From the NCBI GenBank assembly GCA_963843795.1, contig CAWJLW010000006.1:1116001-1180000 (forward strand): a DNA stretch of 64,000 nt, read 5' to 3'. The translations under genes and the position numbers were made by a program. The notes under the pieces were generated by a model. The model did not search any database. It worked only from the letters and a program-made list of their open reading frames with translations, and was not told where the DNA came from. Origin of the DNA: an uncultured bacterium (GTDB lineage Bacteria > Armatimonadota > Abditibacteriia > Abditibacteriales > Abditibacteriaceae). This document shows positions 1-9,099 of the stretch, piece after piece; position 1 is the first letter of the stretch; each line of letters starts with the position of its first letter.

Positions 1-98
1 ATTTTTCTCCCGACTAATCTGTCTTTGACTCTCTTAAAAACGCCCAGCAAATTTTAGCAGCATCGCCCCTCAACGTCAATGTCGGGATTCGAGCACAC

Positions 99-128
99 TT
101 GCCGCAGGTCGGCTGGACGCGCTATAAT
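99..128 (+). promoter_or_regulatory. putative sigma-70 promoter of rpsB-tsf
   Basis: TTGCCG (99-104), 18-nt spacer, TATAAT (123-128), about 100 nt upstream of the rpsB start. Confidence 0.5.
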
Positions 129-229
129 TACAGGGTTTGTTATTTCGCACCCCGTTCGTTTTGGGTCGGTTCTTATTTTATCAAGGAATCGTAAACCGGA
201 TGTGGGGATGTGTAACCCAAAGGAGATTT

Positions 230-1318
230 ATGCCCGTCAGTTCAATGAAAGACCTGTTGGAAGCCGGAGTTCACTTCGGTCATCATACGCGCAAGTGGAA
301 CCCGAAAATGAAACGTTTCATTTACGGTGAGCGCAACGACATTTACATCATCGACCTCCACAAAACCCGCAAAAAACTTGAAGAATGCTACGAAGAAGTG
401 CGCAAGCGCGCTTTCAACGGCGACAAATTCCTCTTTGTCGGCACCAAAAAACAAGCGCAAGATTCCATCGCCGAAGCCGCGCAAGAATGCGGCATGCACT
501 TTGTCAACCATCGTTGGTTGGGCGGAATGCTGACCAACTGGCAGACGATTCAGGCGCGCATCGACCGCTTGAACCAGCTCGACAAGATGAACGACGATGG
601 CACGATGGAAAAATTGCCCAAAAAAGAATCGGCGCGTTTGAACGAAGAGCGCGACAAATTGCAAATGACGCTCGGCGGCATTCGTAATATGGGCGGTTTG
701 CCGGACGTGCTGTTTATCATCGACTGCAAGAAAGAACACATCGCAATTCAGGAAGCGCATCGCTTGGAGATTCCGATTGTTGCGGTGGTTGATACCAACT
801 GCGATCCCGACGAAATTGATTATGTAATTCCGGGTAACGACGACGCGATTCGCGCCGTGAAACTGATGGCATCGCAGATGGCCGAAGCGATCAACGAAGG
901 TCGCGGCATGGCGCAATCGGCGCGCGAGCAGGTCGCCGAACACGTTGGCGAAGCGGGCGGCGCGGTGCATATCGGAGAAGGTGGCCGCATCGAATATGTT
1001 GGCGCTCCGCAAATCGAAATGCCGCCGGTCGAAAATAGCGACGGTAGCAACGATGACGACGATGTGACGATGGACAGTGTTGACCTTGCGAATGCGCGCA
1101 AAGATGGCGAAGACGACGACGTGGTCGCAGAAGCCATCAATAGCGACGCGGTCGGCGTGATTGCCGAGCGCACCGGCGATCAATCCATTGCACGTCAGGA
1201 AGCGATGGGCGATGATCAACCGACTCAGGCGATGCACGCCGTCGAAGCCGCTGATCAACGCATCGGCAGCGCGCAAAGCGATCCGGCGTTAGCGGTTGGC
1301 GCAGGCGAAGAACAGTAA
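230..1318 (+). CDS. rpsB: 30S ribosomal protein S2 with long acidic C-terminal extension
   Basis: [10 protein letters not shown]...[21 protein letters not shown] and DTNCDPD...[11 protein letters not shown] motifs; AGGAG SD before ATG 230 (ORF track starts earlier, at 137). Confidence 0.97.
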   Translation: MPVSSMKDLLEAGVHFGHHTRKWNPKMKRFIYGERNDIYIIDLHKTRKKLEECYEEVRKRAFNGDKFLFVGTKKQAQDSIAEAAQECGMHFVNHRWLGGMLTNWQTIQARIDRLNQLDKMNDDGTMEKLPKKESARLNEERDKLQMTLGGIRNMGGLPDVLFIIDCKKEHIAIQEAHRLEIPIVAVVDTNCDPDEIDYVIPGNDDAIRAVKLMASQMAEAINEGRGMAQSAREQVAEHVGEAGGAVHIGEGGRIEYVGAPQIEMPPVENSDGSNDDDDVTMDSVDLANARKDGEDDDVVAEAINSDAVGVIAERTGDQSIARQEAMGDDQPTQAMHAVEAADQRIGSAQSDPALAVGAGEEQ

Positions 1319-1329
1319 AAAGGACGTGG

Positions 1330-1378
1330 AACGCCGTGCAAGCACTTGCAGAACTTCCGCAAGTACTTGCACGGCGTT
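1330..1378. repeat. inverted repeat containing two copies of the iterated palindrome (rpsB-tsf spacer)
   Basis: 24-nt arms AACGCCGTGCAAGCACTTGCAGAA and TTCCGCAAGTACTTGCACGGCGTT, 2 mismatches. Confidence 0.85.
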
Positions 1379-1435
1379 TTGGCGTGTGACAGACGGATTG
1401 AAACAGATAATAAACAACCATAAAGAGGTAGAAAA

Positions 1436-2323
1436 ATGGCGACAGTGAATGCGGGCGATGTGAAGCGCCTGCGCGAAATGACGAATGCGGGCATTATGGA
1501 TTGCAAACGCGCGCTGGTCGAATGCGAAGGCGATTTCGACCGCGCCGTGACTTTTCTGCGCGAAAAAGGGATCGCTGGTGCGGGCAAAAAAGCTGGCCGC
1601 GCAACCGGTGAAGGATTGATCGGTTTACACGTCAGCGAAGATGGTCAAACTGCGGGCATTATTGAATTGAACTGCGAAACCGACTTCGTAGCACGCAACG
1701 AAAACTTTCAACAGTTGGCCACGCAGTTGGCACAACAAGTCGAAGGCGGCGCTAGCGATGTCGATGTCTTGCTCAAGCAACCGTTTATCGGTGACAGCAG
1801 CAAAACCGTCGAGGAACACGTGCGCGAATCCATTGCGACTATCGGCGAGAATATCGTCGTCCAGCGTTTAGAACATTTGAAGGCCGGAAGCGGCGTTCTG
1901 GGCGCTTACGTGCATTCCGATGGAAAGCAGGCTGCGATTGTCGAAATTGCCAGCGATGCGCCGGACGAACGGGCCGAACAATTAGCGCGCGACTTGGCGA
2001 TGCAAGTTGTGGCGATGAAGCCGCAGTATGTCAATCGCGATGAAGTGCCCGCTGATGAAATCGAAGCCGAACGCAAGATTTACACGGAGCAGGCGGCGCA
2101 GGAAGGCAAGCCCGAAGCGATTCAAACCAAAATCGCCGAAGGTCGCTTGAGCAAAGAGTTCTTCCAAACCGTTAGCCTGATGGATCAAATGTTCGTTAAA
2201 GAACAGAAACAGTCCATCGCGCAAGTCGTGAAAGCCATCGGCGGCAACGCGCGCGTAGTGCGCTTTGTGCGCTATCGCGTCGGCGAAAATCTGGTCTTGG
2301 AAGAAACCGAAGTCACAGCATAA
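1436..2323 (+). CDS. tsf: translation elongation factor Ts
   Basis: VKRLREMTNAGIMDCKRAL, ELNCETDFVA and RFVRYRVGE motifs; follows rpsB. Confidence 0.97.
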   Translation: MATVNAGDVKRLREMTNAGIMDCKRALVECEGDFDRAVTFLREKGIAGAGKKAGRATGEGLIGLHVSEDGQTAGIIELNCETDFVARNENFQQLATQLAQQVEGGASDVDVLLKQPFIGDSSKTVEEHVRESIATIGENIVVQRLEHLKAGSGVLGAYVHSDGKQAAIVEIASDAPDERAEQLARDLAMQVVAMKPQYVNRDEVPADEIEAERKIYTEQAAQEGKPEAIQTKIAEGRLSKEFFQTVSLMDQMFVKEQKQSIAQVVKAIGGNARVVRFVRYRVGENLVLEETEVTA

Positions 2324-2357
2324 ATATCAAAGATTTACGCTGAAAAGGCTTGCACAA

Positions 2358-2390
2358 CAAAAAAGGCGCGATAATGTCGCGTCTTTTTTG
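2358..2390 (+). terminator. probable intrinsic terminator after tsf
   Basis: AAAAAAAGGCGCGA-TAATG-TCGCGTCTTTTTT hairpin with T tract. Confidence 0.65.
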
Positions 2391-2639
2391 TTGTGTTACA
2401 CACTTAAAAAATCTCATTGCCTTACAATAACAGTTATCAGAGAGAAAATTTCAGATTTCGAAAATTTCTCTCTGGAATCCGCAACTTTAATCTAAATAGT
2501 TTCTCGTAAGATAGTAATAATGGGAACTATTTTGTGCATTAATAGAGATTTATTCGAGACATCGGCAAATTTTTACTGCCATTTGAAAGTTGTTGTCGCT
2601 TATTTGTAGTTTGATCGTTTTATTTAACAGGAGTTAGGG

Positions 2640-3377
2640 ATGAAGAAGCGCGGTTTTACGTTGATTGAGTTGTTAGTTGTAATTGCTATTATTGCTATCT
2701 TGGCGGCGATTTTGTTTCCGGTATTTGCGCGAGCGCGCGAAAATGCGCGTCGTGCCTCTTGCCAGAGCAACTTAAAGCAGATTGGTTTAGGTGTAATGCA
2801 GTATGCGCAGGATTACGACGAGCGTTATCCGATGCGCCAATATGATAACTCGGATATTGGTACGGCAAACTCGTGGCGTCGCACAACTTATCCGTATACG
2901 AAAAGCTCGCAATTGTTTTCGTGTCCGTCAAATACGTCCAACTCTTTATTGGCCGATGACAGCACCGACAATCGCATGAATGCGATTGGTGATCCAAACG
3001 GCCCGCGTTTCCGCCGTTCGTATGGCGCCAACGCGGTGGCCGTGAATATTGGTGGTAACACGCCGATGGAGTGGGGCCGCGCAAGTTCGATGGCAGCCTT
3101 GAACGATGTATCGCGCACGATTTTGGTCACCGAGACCAAAGAAGGCCACAATTCTGTACTGATGGATGCTCCGCCGTCTCGCTTCGCTAGCTCGACCGAT
3201 ACGTTTCCCGGTCATTTGCAAACCGTGGTCTTCTTGTTCGCTGATGGCCATGTCAAGTCGATGCGCCCCAGCCAGACCGCTACTCCTATCAATATGTGGA
3301 ACATCGAAGAATCCAACGATGGTGAACCTGCCTTGATGGATCGTATGCAAGCGTGGGACACTCTGGTTACGCGCTAA
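2640..3377 (+). CDS. prepilin-type N-terminal cleavage/methylation protein with C-terminal H-X9-DG motif (DUF1559-like)
   Basis: [48 protein letters not shown]-terminus; [23 protein letters not shown]. Confidence 0.9.
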   Translation: MKKRGFTLIELLVVIAIIAILAAILFPVFARARENARRASCQSNLKQIGLGVMQYAQDYDERYPMRQYDNSDIGTANSWRRTTYPYTKSSQLFSCPSNTSNSLLADDSTDNRMNAIGDPNGPRFRRSYGANAVAVNIGGNTPMEWGRASSMAALNDVSRTILVTETKEGHNSVLMDAPPSRFASSTDTFPGHLQTVVFLFADGHVKSMRPSQTATPINMWNIEESNDGEPALMDRMQAWDTLVTR

Positions 3378-3419
3378 ATTCACCACACCAATCCGTTTTA
3401 TAAATGTGCAAGTCGAAAT

Positions 3420-3465
3420 AAAAACCAGAAAGACAGCGGAAATTTCCGCTGTCTTTCTGGTTTTT
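3420..3465. terminator. 46-bp perfect spacerless palindrome, terminator-like
   Basis: AAAAACCAGAAAGACAGCGGAAA|TTTCCGCTGTCTTTCTGGTTTTT. Confidence 0.75.
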
Positions 3466-3495
3466 TTGCTACGTATTTTCGGGTAAAGTGAGATT

Positions 3496-4317
3496 ATGAA
3501 TTCTTCAGCATCTTCCCCAAGGTTAGCGATTTCCAGTTGGAGTTTGAATCGTACGCTGGGCGCGCCACACTTCGATGCCGCGCGCAATTACGTCGGGCGT
3601 GAACCACAAGGTAACGCGCTGCCACTTTTGGAAATGCCGCAAGCCTTGGCCGATTTCGGTATTAATCGCATGGAATTGTGCCATTTTCATCTGCCGCAAA
3701 GCGATAGCAAGTACTTGCAGCAGCTGCGCGAAGCCACAGAAAGCGCGAATGTCGAATTGTGGGCGTTGTTAATTGATGACGGCGACATTACACATCCCGA
3801 AGAAGGCGAAAAATGGATGCAATGGACGCGCGATTGGATCGACATCGCGTCGGAATTGGGCGCCCGCAACGTTCGTATTATCGCAGGCAAACAAGCACCG
3901 ACACCGGGAACTTTGCAACTATCGCGCGACCGATTGCAAGTACTTGCAGACTACGCGCAGTCTAAAAACGTGGGCGTTTTGACCGAAAATTGGTTCGCCT
4001 TATTGGACGAGCCGCGCGCTGTGTTGTGGTTGCTGGATGAATTGAAAGGTGAAGTCGGCTTGAAATTCGACTTTGGTAACTGGAAAGGCGAACGCAAGTA
4101 CGATGATTTGCCCCAAATCGCGCCGCGCGCCGTGTCGTGCCACGCCAAATGTTCGTTCGACGGTACAACGCCCGACAGCGAAGATTATCGACGTTGTTTA
4201 CAGATGCTCAAAGATGCCGGTTATCGCGGGCCTTACACGTTGATTTATGACAGCGAAAATGCGGATGAGTGGGCGCAACTGGCAATTGAACGAGAAATTG
4301 TGAGCGAGTTTTTGTGA
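3496..4317 (+). CDS. sugar phosphate isomerase/epimerase (xylose-isomerase-like TIM barrel)
   Basis: ISSWSL, ELGARNVRI, LTENW, KFDFGNW, CHAK, GYRGPYTL pattern. Confidence 0.8.
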   Translation: MNSSASSPRLAISSWSLNRTLGAPHFDAARNYVGREPQGNALPLLEMPQALADFGINRMELCHFHLPQSDSKYLQQLREATESANVELWALLIDDGDITHPEEGEKWMQWTRDWIDIASELGARNVRIIAGKQAPTPGTLQLSRDRLQVLADYAQSKNVGVLTENWFALLDEPRAVLWLLDELKGEVGLKFDFGNWKGERKYDDLPQIAPRAVSCHAKCSFDGTTPDSEDYRRCLQMLKDAGYRGPYTLIYDSENADEWAQLAIEREIVSEFL

Positions 4318-4331
4318 GATTTGAGATGGCG

Positions 4332-4365
4332 AAAAGGACGCTGCAAGTACTTGCAGCGTCCTTTT
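4332..4365. terminator. 34-bp perfect palindrome centred on the iterated motif, between convergent genes
   Basis: AAAAGGACGCTGCAAGT|ACTTGCAGCGTCCTTTT with A/T tails. Confidence 0.8.
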
Positions 4366-4442
4366 TATACATTGGAATTAGTCAACCGTGCCGCGGAGGG
4401 AAATCGGGCAAAAGGATTAGGGAAAGCTGGAGAATTGAAAAT

Positions 4443-5495
4443 TTATTTCGTCAAGCTCGGTAGACCATCGCGCCAGAAAACTTCGACTTTCGACAAATAC
4501 CACGTCGCGCCTTTGTCGTTATTGCCTTGAAAAAACAGCCATGTGCGACCGGTCTGTGGATCGGCGAAAATGCCGGGATGACCAGATTCGCTTTCGTTCC
4601 AACTGCCTTTTGTGCCATTGGGCAGAAACGGTTGGGTAAACAAACGCTGCCAATTGATGCCATCGCTTGATTTCGCGACGCCGATTTGTTGCGGTTCGTT
4701 GTTGTAAGCGCCCGCGTAAAACATGAACAATTTGCCTTGATGTTCGATGACTGAAGGCGCTTCGATGCAATCTTTCTCCCAATCCAATTCGGGCAGCAGA
4801 ATCGAGCCGATGCTTTCGGGTTTCCATTGGTCGCGCGCGAAATCGGAAGCTAAGGGAGCGCTAGCGACGCCGATTTTTTGAATTTTGTAATTCTGGTCGC
4901 GCGTGGCGAAATACAACATCAATTTATCGCCGACGGGAAACACATCGGCATCAATGGCGCGCCCGACTGTCCACGAACCTGTAGGATGATAAATCGGATT
5001 GCTTTGGTCGCGCGTGAAGTTCACGCCGTCCGTTGAAACCGCGTGGCAAATCGCGTCTTTGGGACCGCCACCATACGATTGATAAAACAACTGCACGCGC
5101 CCATCCAACACGCGCGCGCACGGTGCGGCCAAGCCTTTTTCGATGAAGCCGTTACCATAATCGCCATGCGGCAGCAGTTCACCAACTTTTGTCCAGTTGA
5201 CTAAATCGGTGCTCGAAGCAATACCCACCGTCCAAGTATCGGCGGGTAAATTTTGCGGAGGCTGGACGTTATTCACCCAAGGGCCGAGCGAATAATACAT
5301 CCAGTATTTGCCCGCAAAGAAAATTACCGACGGGTCTTTTGAGATTTCGCGTCCACGCGCAGTATCGGCGAAACGCATGGCGTCGTTGGGTGCGGGCGCG
5401 GCCTGAGTTGGGGCGACAGGAATCGTGTTCATGGCGAGTAGAGCAGCGATTGCCAGACAAATGTTGAAGCTGTGGAACAAAATCGTTCTCCTCAA
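4443..5495 (-). CDS. secreted five-bladed beta-propeller glycoside hydrolase (GH43/GH32 clan-like)
   Basis: signal-peptide-like N-terminus; repeated blades DPSV, APCA, IDADV, EAPSV, GHPGI; STDLVNW, STDGVNF and SSDGINW motifs. Confidence 0.75.
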   Translation of the reverse strand: MRRTILFHSFNICLAIAALLAMNTIPVAPTQAAPAPNDAMRFADTARGREISKDPSVIFFAGKYWMYYSLGPWVNNVQPPQNLPADTWTVGIASSTDLVNWTKVGELLPHGDYGNGFIEKGLAAPCARVLDGRVQLFYQSYGGGPKDAICHAVSTDGVNFTRDQSNPIYHPTGSWTVGRAIDADVFPVGDKLMLYFATRDQNYKIQKIGVASAPLASDFARDQWKPESIGSILLPELDWEKDCIEAPSVIEHQGKLFMFYAGAYNNEPQQIGVAKSSDGINWQRLFTQPFLPNGTKGSWNESESGHPGIFADPQTGRTWLFFQGNNDKGATWYLSKVEVFWRDGLPSLTK

Positions 5496-5656
5496 GAAAG
5501 TAGATTTTTGGGCGGGTCAAGTAATTTTCGCAAAAGTGCAAGTCGTCGCAAATCTGCAAGTACTTGCGGGCACCTTTTGCACGGTGATACTCGCGACGAA
5601 TCTCACTTCCGCGTTTAACCGATGTATCAAGTTGGGTTTTTTGTCATAATTGTTGC

Positions 5657-7111
5657 GTGCGAGAACGACTTTTAGGCCCCAATGGGCCGCTGGGTGTATT
5701 TCACCAGTATCCGATTTTGTTGCGACTGGCTGCGATTTGTGTGTGCGCCGAAATTGCGTGGGCGACTCTGCTGGCCGTATTGCAATACCATTTCTTAGAC
5801 GATTTATTGCGCGGTGAAGCGCATCAGCTTATCGCGTCGCGCATTGCGACCGCGACGCTGGCTTTTGTCGCGATGGAAACGCTGTTCAAAATTCCCATGG
5901 GTGCTTTAGCCGACCGATTTGGCCCGCGCCCGATGATTTTTTTCGCGCTTGGCATCGCCTCGGTTTCCCCGTTATTGATGGTGCTGATTTCGCAGTTTCC
6001 CGATTGGGTGCAATGGTATCATTTCGTGCCGCTGCGCGCGATTGATGGAATTGGCGCGGCGGCGTTATGGCCCGCTATGAGCGCTCTGATGGCCCTAGCC
6101 GTTCCGCGCGAAGCCAAAGCCTCGGCGATGAGCGTGTTCAACGGTGCGTATTGTCTGGGCCTCGCGGTTGGGCCGATGACTGGCTTATATCTGGGGCATC
6201 GCTTCGGTAATATCAGCGTTTTCCCTTTGTGCGCTGTGCTGATGTTAATCGGTTTGGCTATCGCTGTGGTTGTGCTGCGCAACGGCGTGGGCGATAAGCC
6301 CAAAGAAGATTTGCCCGCCCATATCGGCGAACATTTTCCCAATCAGGGTTCTGTCCTTAAAGGGCGACCGTTGCTCGTGCGCATGATGGCGCTTTATGCG
6401 CTGTCGCAGTGTGCCATCGGGTTTTTGGCCAACACGATGGTGCCTTATGTCGATAAACAGTTCGGCATTGAAGAAGGCGATTTGCCACGTATGATGGCGG
6501 TGCCCGCTTTATTTATCGCGATTGCCGCGCTGCCATTGGGAAAATTGGCCGATAGCATCGGGCGTCCGCGCGCGGTGTGGATCTCTTACGTAATGGCAAC
6601 GGTCGGCATGGTTCTGGTCGCGACGACCAGTCTGATGGCACCGACACACAAACTGCTGTCTTCGCAAATCGTGCTGTTCGGGCTGGGAATGTTGCTGATG
6701 GTTGGCTCGTATATTCTGGGCACGCCCGCGTGGTTGGGCCTTACTTCGGTACAAGTCGATGACACACGCCAAGGGCAAGCCCTGTCGCTGATGCAAACCG
6801 CGCAGGGAGTGGGCGTCGTAGTTGGCACCGCACTGGTGGCATCGGCGGGCCATTTATTAACGCGCTGGGATAAAGTGAAACTGGTTGTTGGAGAAAAATA
6901 TCCCAAAGTTGCCAGTGCCTTGCATTGGAAATTCGAATCGCACGATACCGTCCCGATTCATATTTGGCTGTGGCTGGCCGCGTTGATTTTCGCCGTGTGC
7001 CTCGTCGGAACTGTTCTCGTGGTGCACGAACCCACGAGCCAAGATGCCAATAACGACCATCCCAAAGATGATCGTAGCGCACAACAGCCCTGGGAAATTA
7101 CCGGCGTCTGA
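5657..7111 (+). CDS. MFS transporter
   Basis: motif A GALADRFGPR, repeated as GKLADSIGRPR; about 12 hydrophobic segments. Confidence 0.85.
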   Translation: MRERLLGPNGPLGVFHQYPILLRLAAICVCAEIAWATLLAVLQYHFLDDLLRGEAHQLIASRIATATLAFVAMETLFKIPMGALADRFGPRPMIFFALGIASVSPLLMVLISQFPDWVQWYHFVPLRAIDGIGAAALWPAMSALMALAVPREAKASAMSVFNGAYCLGLAVGPMTGLYLGHRFGNISVFPLCAVLMLIGLAIAVVVLRNGVGDKPKEDLPAHIGEHFPNQGSVLKGRPLLVRMMALYALSQCAIGFLANTMVPYVDKQFGIEEGDLPRMMAVPALFIAIAALPLGKLADSIGRPRAVWISYVMATVGMVLVATTSLMAPTHKLLSSQIVLFGLGMLLMVGSYILGTPAWLGLTSVQVDDTRQGQALSLMQTAQGVGVVVGTALVASAGHLLTRWDKVKLVVGEKYPKVASALHWKFESHDTVPIHIWLWLAALIFAVCLVGTVLVVHEPTSQDANNDHPKDDRSAQQPWEITGV

Positions 7112-7392
7112 GCGGGTATGATGCTGTCGGCGTCGAGTTGTGGGCCTGATCCTGTGAAAATTCACAGCCGTTTAGCGCGGAATGCGCGTCGGTTAAGTGC
7201 AAAATGGCTTAACCCTTAAACGAGCGTGAAAACTGGGGCAAACCAAAAACATTGATAAGGACAAATTGAATATCAAGTGCGTAGTTCATCGCGCTTGTCG
7301 AGCAACTTTTGTCCAAAATGGCTGTCTCAGTGGGGCGTAAAGCAACGTGCAAGTACTTGCGGGCACGGATTTGGAACGCACCGGTGGTTATC

Positions 7393-8301
7393 ATGAAAAC
7401 AACAAAGAAAATGCTTTGGACGCTGGCCTTTGGCACGGCAAGTACTTGCGCCATGACGGGCGCGGCCCACGCCGGGCCGGAAAGTATCGGCATGACGGGC
7501 ACCATGCCCGCGTTGAGTACGGTAGAAATTCAAAACGCTCATGTGCGCGACTATACCTTCGCCACCGCGCCGACCGATTGGCGCGTGCAAAGCGGCGTGT
7601 GGGAAATGACCAATCGCTGGAGCTGCTCGCCGGGCTGGAGCTGGTTTGGTGGACGTTCGGAAGAAGTCGCTGCAATTTGGAACAAACGTAAATATTCCGG
7701 CGATGTGTCGGTGCAAATGTATTTCGCTTTCAAAATGGGTCTGGCTGGCACGCCTGCGTGGAATTATCATCCTTCGGACGTTGCTTTGTCGTTATGTGGC
7801 GACGGACAGAATTTGTCCAGTGGCTATACGTTTATCGTGGGTGCCGACAACAATTCGCATTCGATTTTGATGAAAGGCGATCAAAAAGTCGCGGAATCGA
7901 GCGATGCCAGTGCGCTTTTGCCGAAGTTAACTGACAGCAGTTTGCAGGGTGATCTGAATCAGGTGCATCGCCGCTGGTGGTATATCAAAGTCAACAAAAT
8001 CGGCCCGCGTGTCGAATGTTGGTTGGATAACAAATTGTTATTTTCCTATAACGATCCCAAACCGCTGGACATGGGCCAAATCGCGCTGTGGACGTATAAT
8101 AATGGTATTATGCTGTCGCGCGTTCAAGTTTTCTATGAAAAGGAACTGCCTAGTCGCACACCGTTTACCAACGCGATTATCCCCAACGCGCTGCCGCGCA
8201 AAAACGCGCCGGTCTTGACCAAAGCTCCCGAAAAAACCAGCCCTGCAGCGGGCAAACGTGTGGCGCAGGTCGCGAGTAGCAAAACCGTTGCGGCCCGCTA
8301 G
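7393..8301 (+). CDS. secreted beta-sandwich (ConA/LamG-like) hypothetical protein
   Basis: signal peptide ending AAHA; Trp-rich beta-strand pattern, GQIALWTYN; start moved to ATG 7393. Confidence 0.55.
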   Translation: MKTTKKMLWTLAFGTASTCAMTGAAHAGPESIGMTGTMPALSTVEIQNAHVRDYTFATAPTDWRVQSGVWEMTNRWSCSPGWSWFGGRSEEVAAIWNKRKYSGDVSVQMYFAFKMGLAGTPAWNYHPSDVALSLCGDGQNLSSGYTFIVGADNNSHSILMKGDQKVAESSDASALLPKLTDSSLQGDLNQVHRRWWYIKVNKIGPRVECWLDNKLLFSYNDPKPLDMGQIALWTYNNGIMLSRVQVFYEKELPSRTPFTNAIIPNALPRKNAPVLTKAPEKTSPAAGKRVAQVASSKTVAAR

Positions 8302-8330
8302 GCGCACTGTTTTTGGTATACGTTTGGTAT

Positions 8331-8957
8331 ATGAAAGAACAGAAAATTGGCGTCATGGTTTCGACGCGCGGCCGCGGAAGTAATTTCGAAGCCATTCTCA
8401 AAGCAAGCCAATCGGGAGCCTTATCGGCCTCGGTTGGCTTGTTAGTGACTACCCACGAAGATCATGGCGCAGTCAAAATCGCTCGCGAGGCGGATATTCC
8501 GACGATGATTTTATCGCCCTCGCAATCGCCCGCTGCTTGGGAAAAAGGCGTCGCCACCGCACTGCATGATCATAAAATTAGCCATGTTGCGCTCGCCGGC
8601 TATATGCGACGCGTCGGCGATGCGATTTTGCAGGAATATAACGCGCGCATTGTCAATATCCATCCGGCGTTGCTACCTTCGTTTGGTGGACAGGGAATGT
8701 ATGGGGCGCACGTGCATCAGGCAGTTTTAGAATACGGCTGCAAAGTTTCCGGATGCACGGTGCATTTCGTGGACGAGCGTTACGACAGCGGGCCTATTAT
8801 CGCGCAGCGATGCGTGCCGGTCGAAGACACTGATACAGTGGAAACATTGGCTGCGCGCATTCGCGCTGTGGAAAACGAGTTGTATCCACAATGTTTGGAA
8901 TGGCTGGTGCGCAGTCATCTGCGTTTGGAAGGACGTCGCGTTTTCTATTTGGGATAA
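8331..8957 (+). CDS. purN: phosphoribosylglycinamide formyltransferase
   Basis: GRGSNFEAI, LAGYMR, NIHPALLPSFGG, GCTVHFVDERYDSGPII. Confidence 0.96.
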   Translation: MKEQKIGVMVSTRGRGSNFEAILKASQSGALSASVGLLVTTHEDHGAVKIAREADIPTMILSPSQSPAAWEKGVATALHDHKISHVALAGYMRRVGDAILQEYNARIVNIHPALLPSFGGQGMYGAHVHQAVLEYGCKVSGCTVHFVDERYDSGPIIAQRCVPVEDTDTVETLAARIRAVENELYPQCLEWLVRSHLRLEGRRVFYLG

Positions 8958-9007
8958 GATTCAGTTTGAGATAAGATTGAAAGCGTGAAAATTTGAAACG
9001 CCGTTAA

Positions 9008-9041
9008 CGAATTGCCCTGCAAGTACTTGCAGGGCAATTCG
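9008..9041. repeat. 34-bp perfect palindrome centred on the iterated motif (purN-purH spacer)
   Basis: CGAATTGCCCTGCAAGT|ACTTGCAGGGCAATTCG; no T tail. Confidence 0.85.
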
Positions 9042-9099
9042 GGCGTGTGGGACGAACAACAAGCCGAAAACTAAATTTTAATTGTAAAGAGGTGGCGAG

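Noticed and set aside
135..229. rpsB autoregulatory leader RNA
   Set aside because: Some pairing potential (CGCACCCC with GGGGATGTG) but not enough to call without a covariance model.
242..1276. 344-aa antisense ORF over rpsB, and similar shadow ORFs (e.g. 22813-23487, 27259-28047, 31917-32642, 51985-52746)
   Set aside because: They mirror well-supported genes, show no recognisable motifs, and are expected from codon bias.
8958..9099. ZTP or purine riboswitch upstream of purH
   Set aside because: Only the motif palindrome is evident; no conserved aptamer elements recognised.
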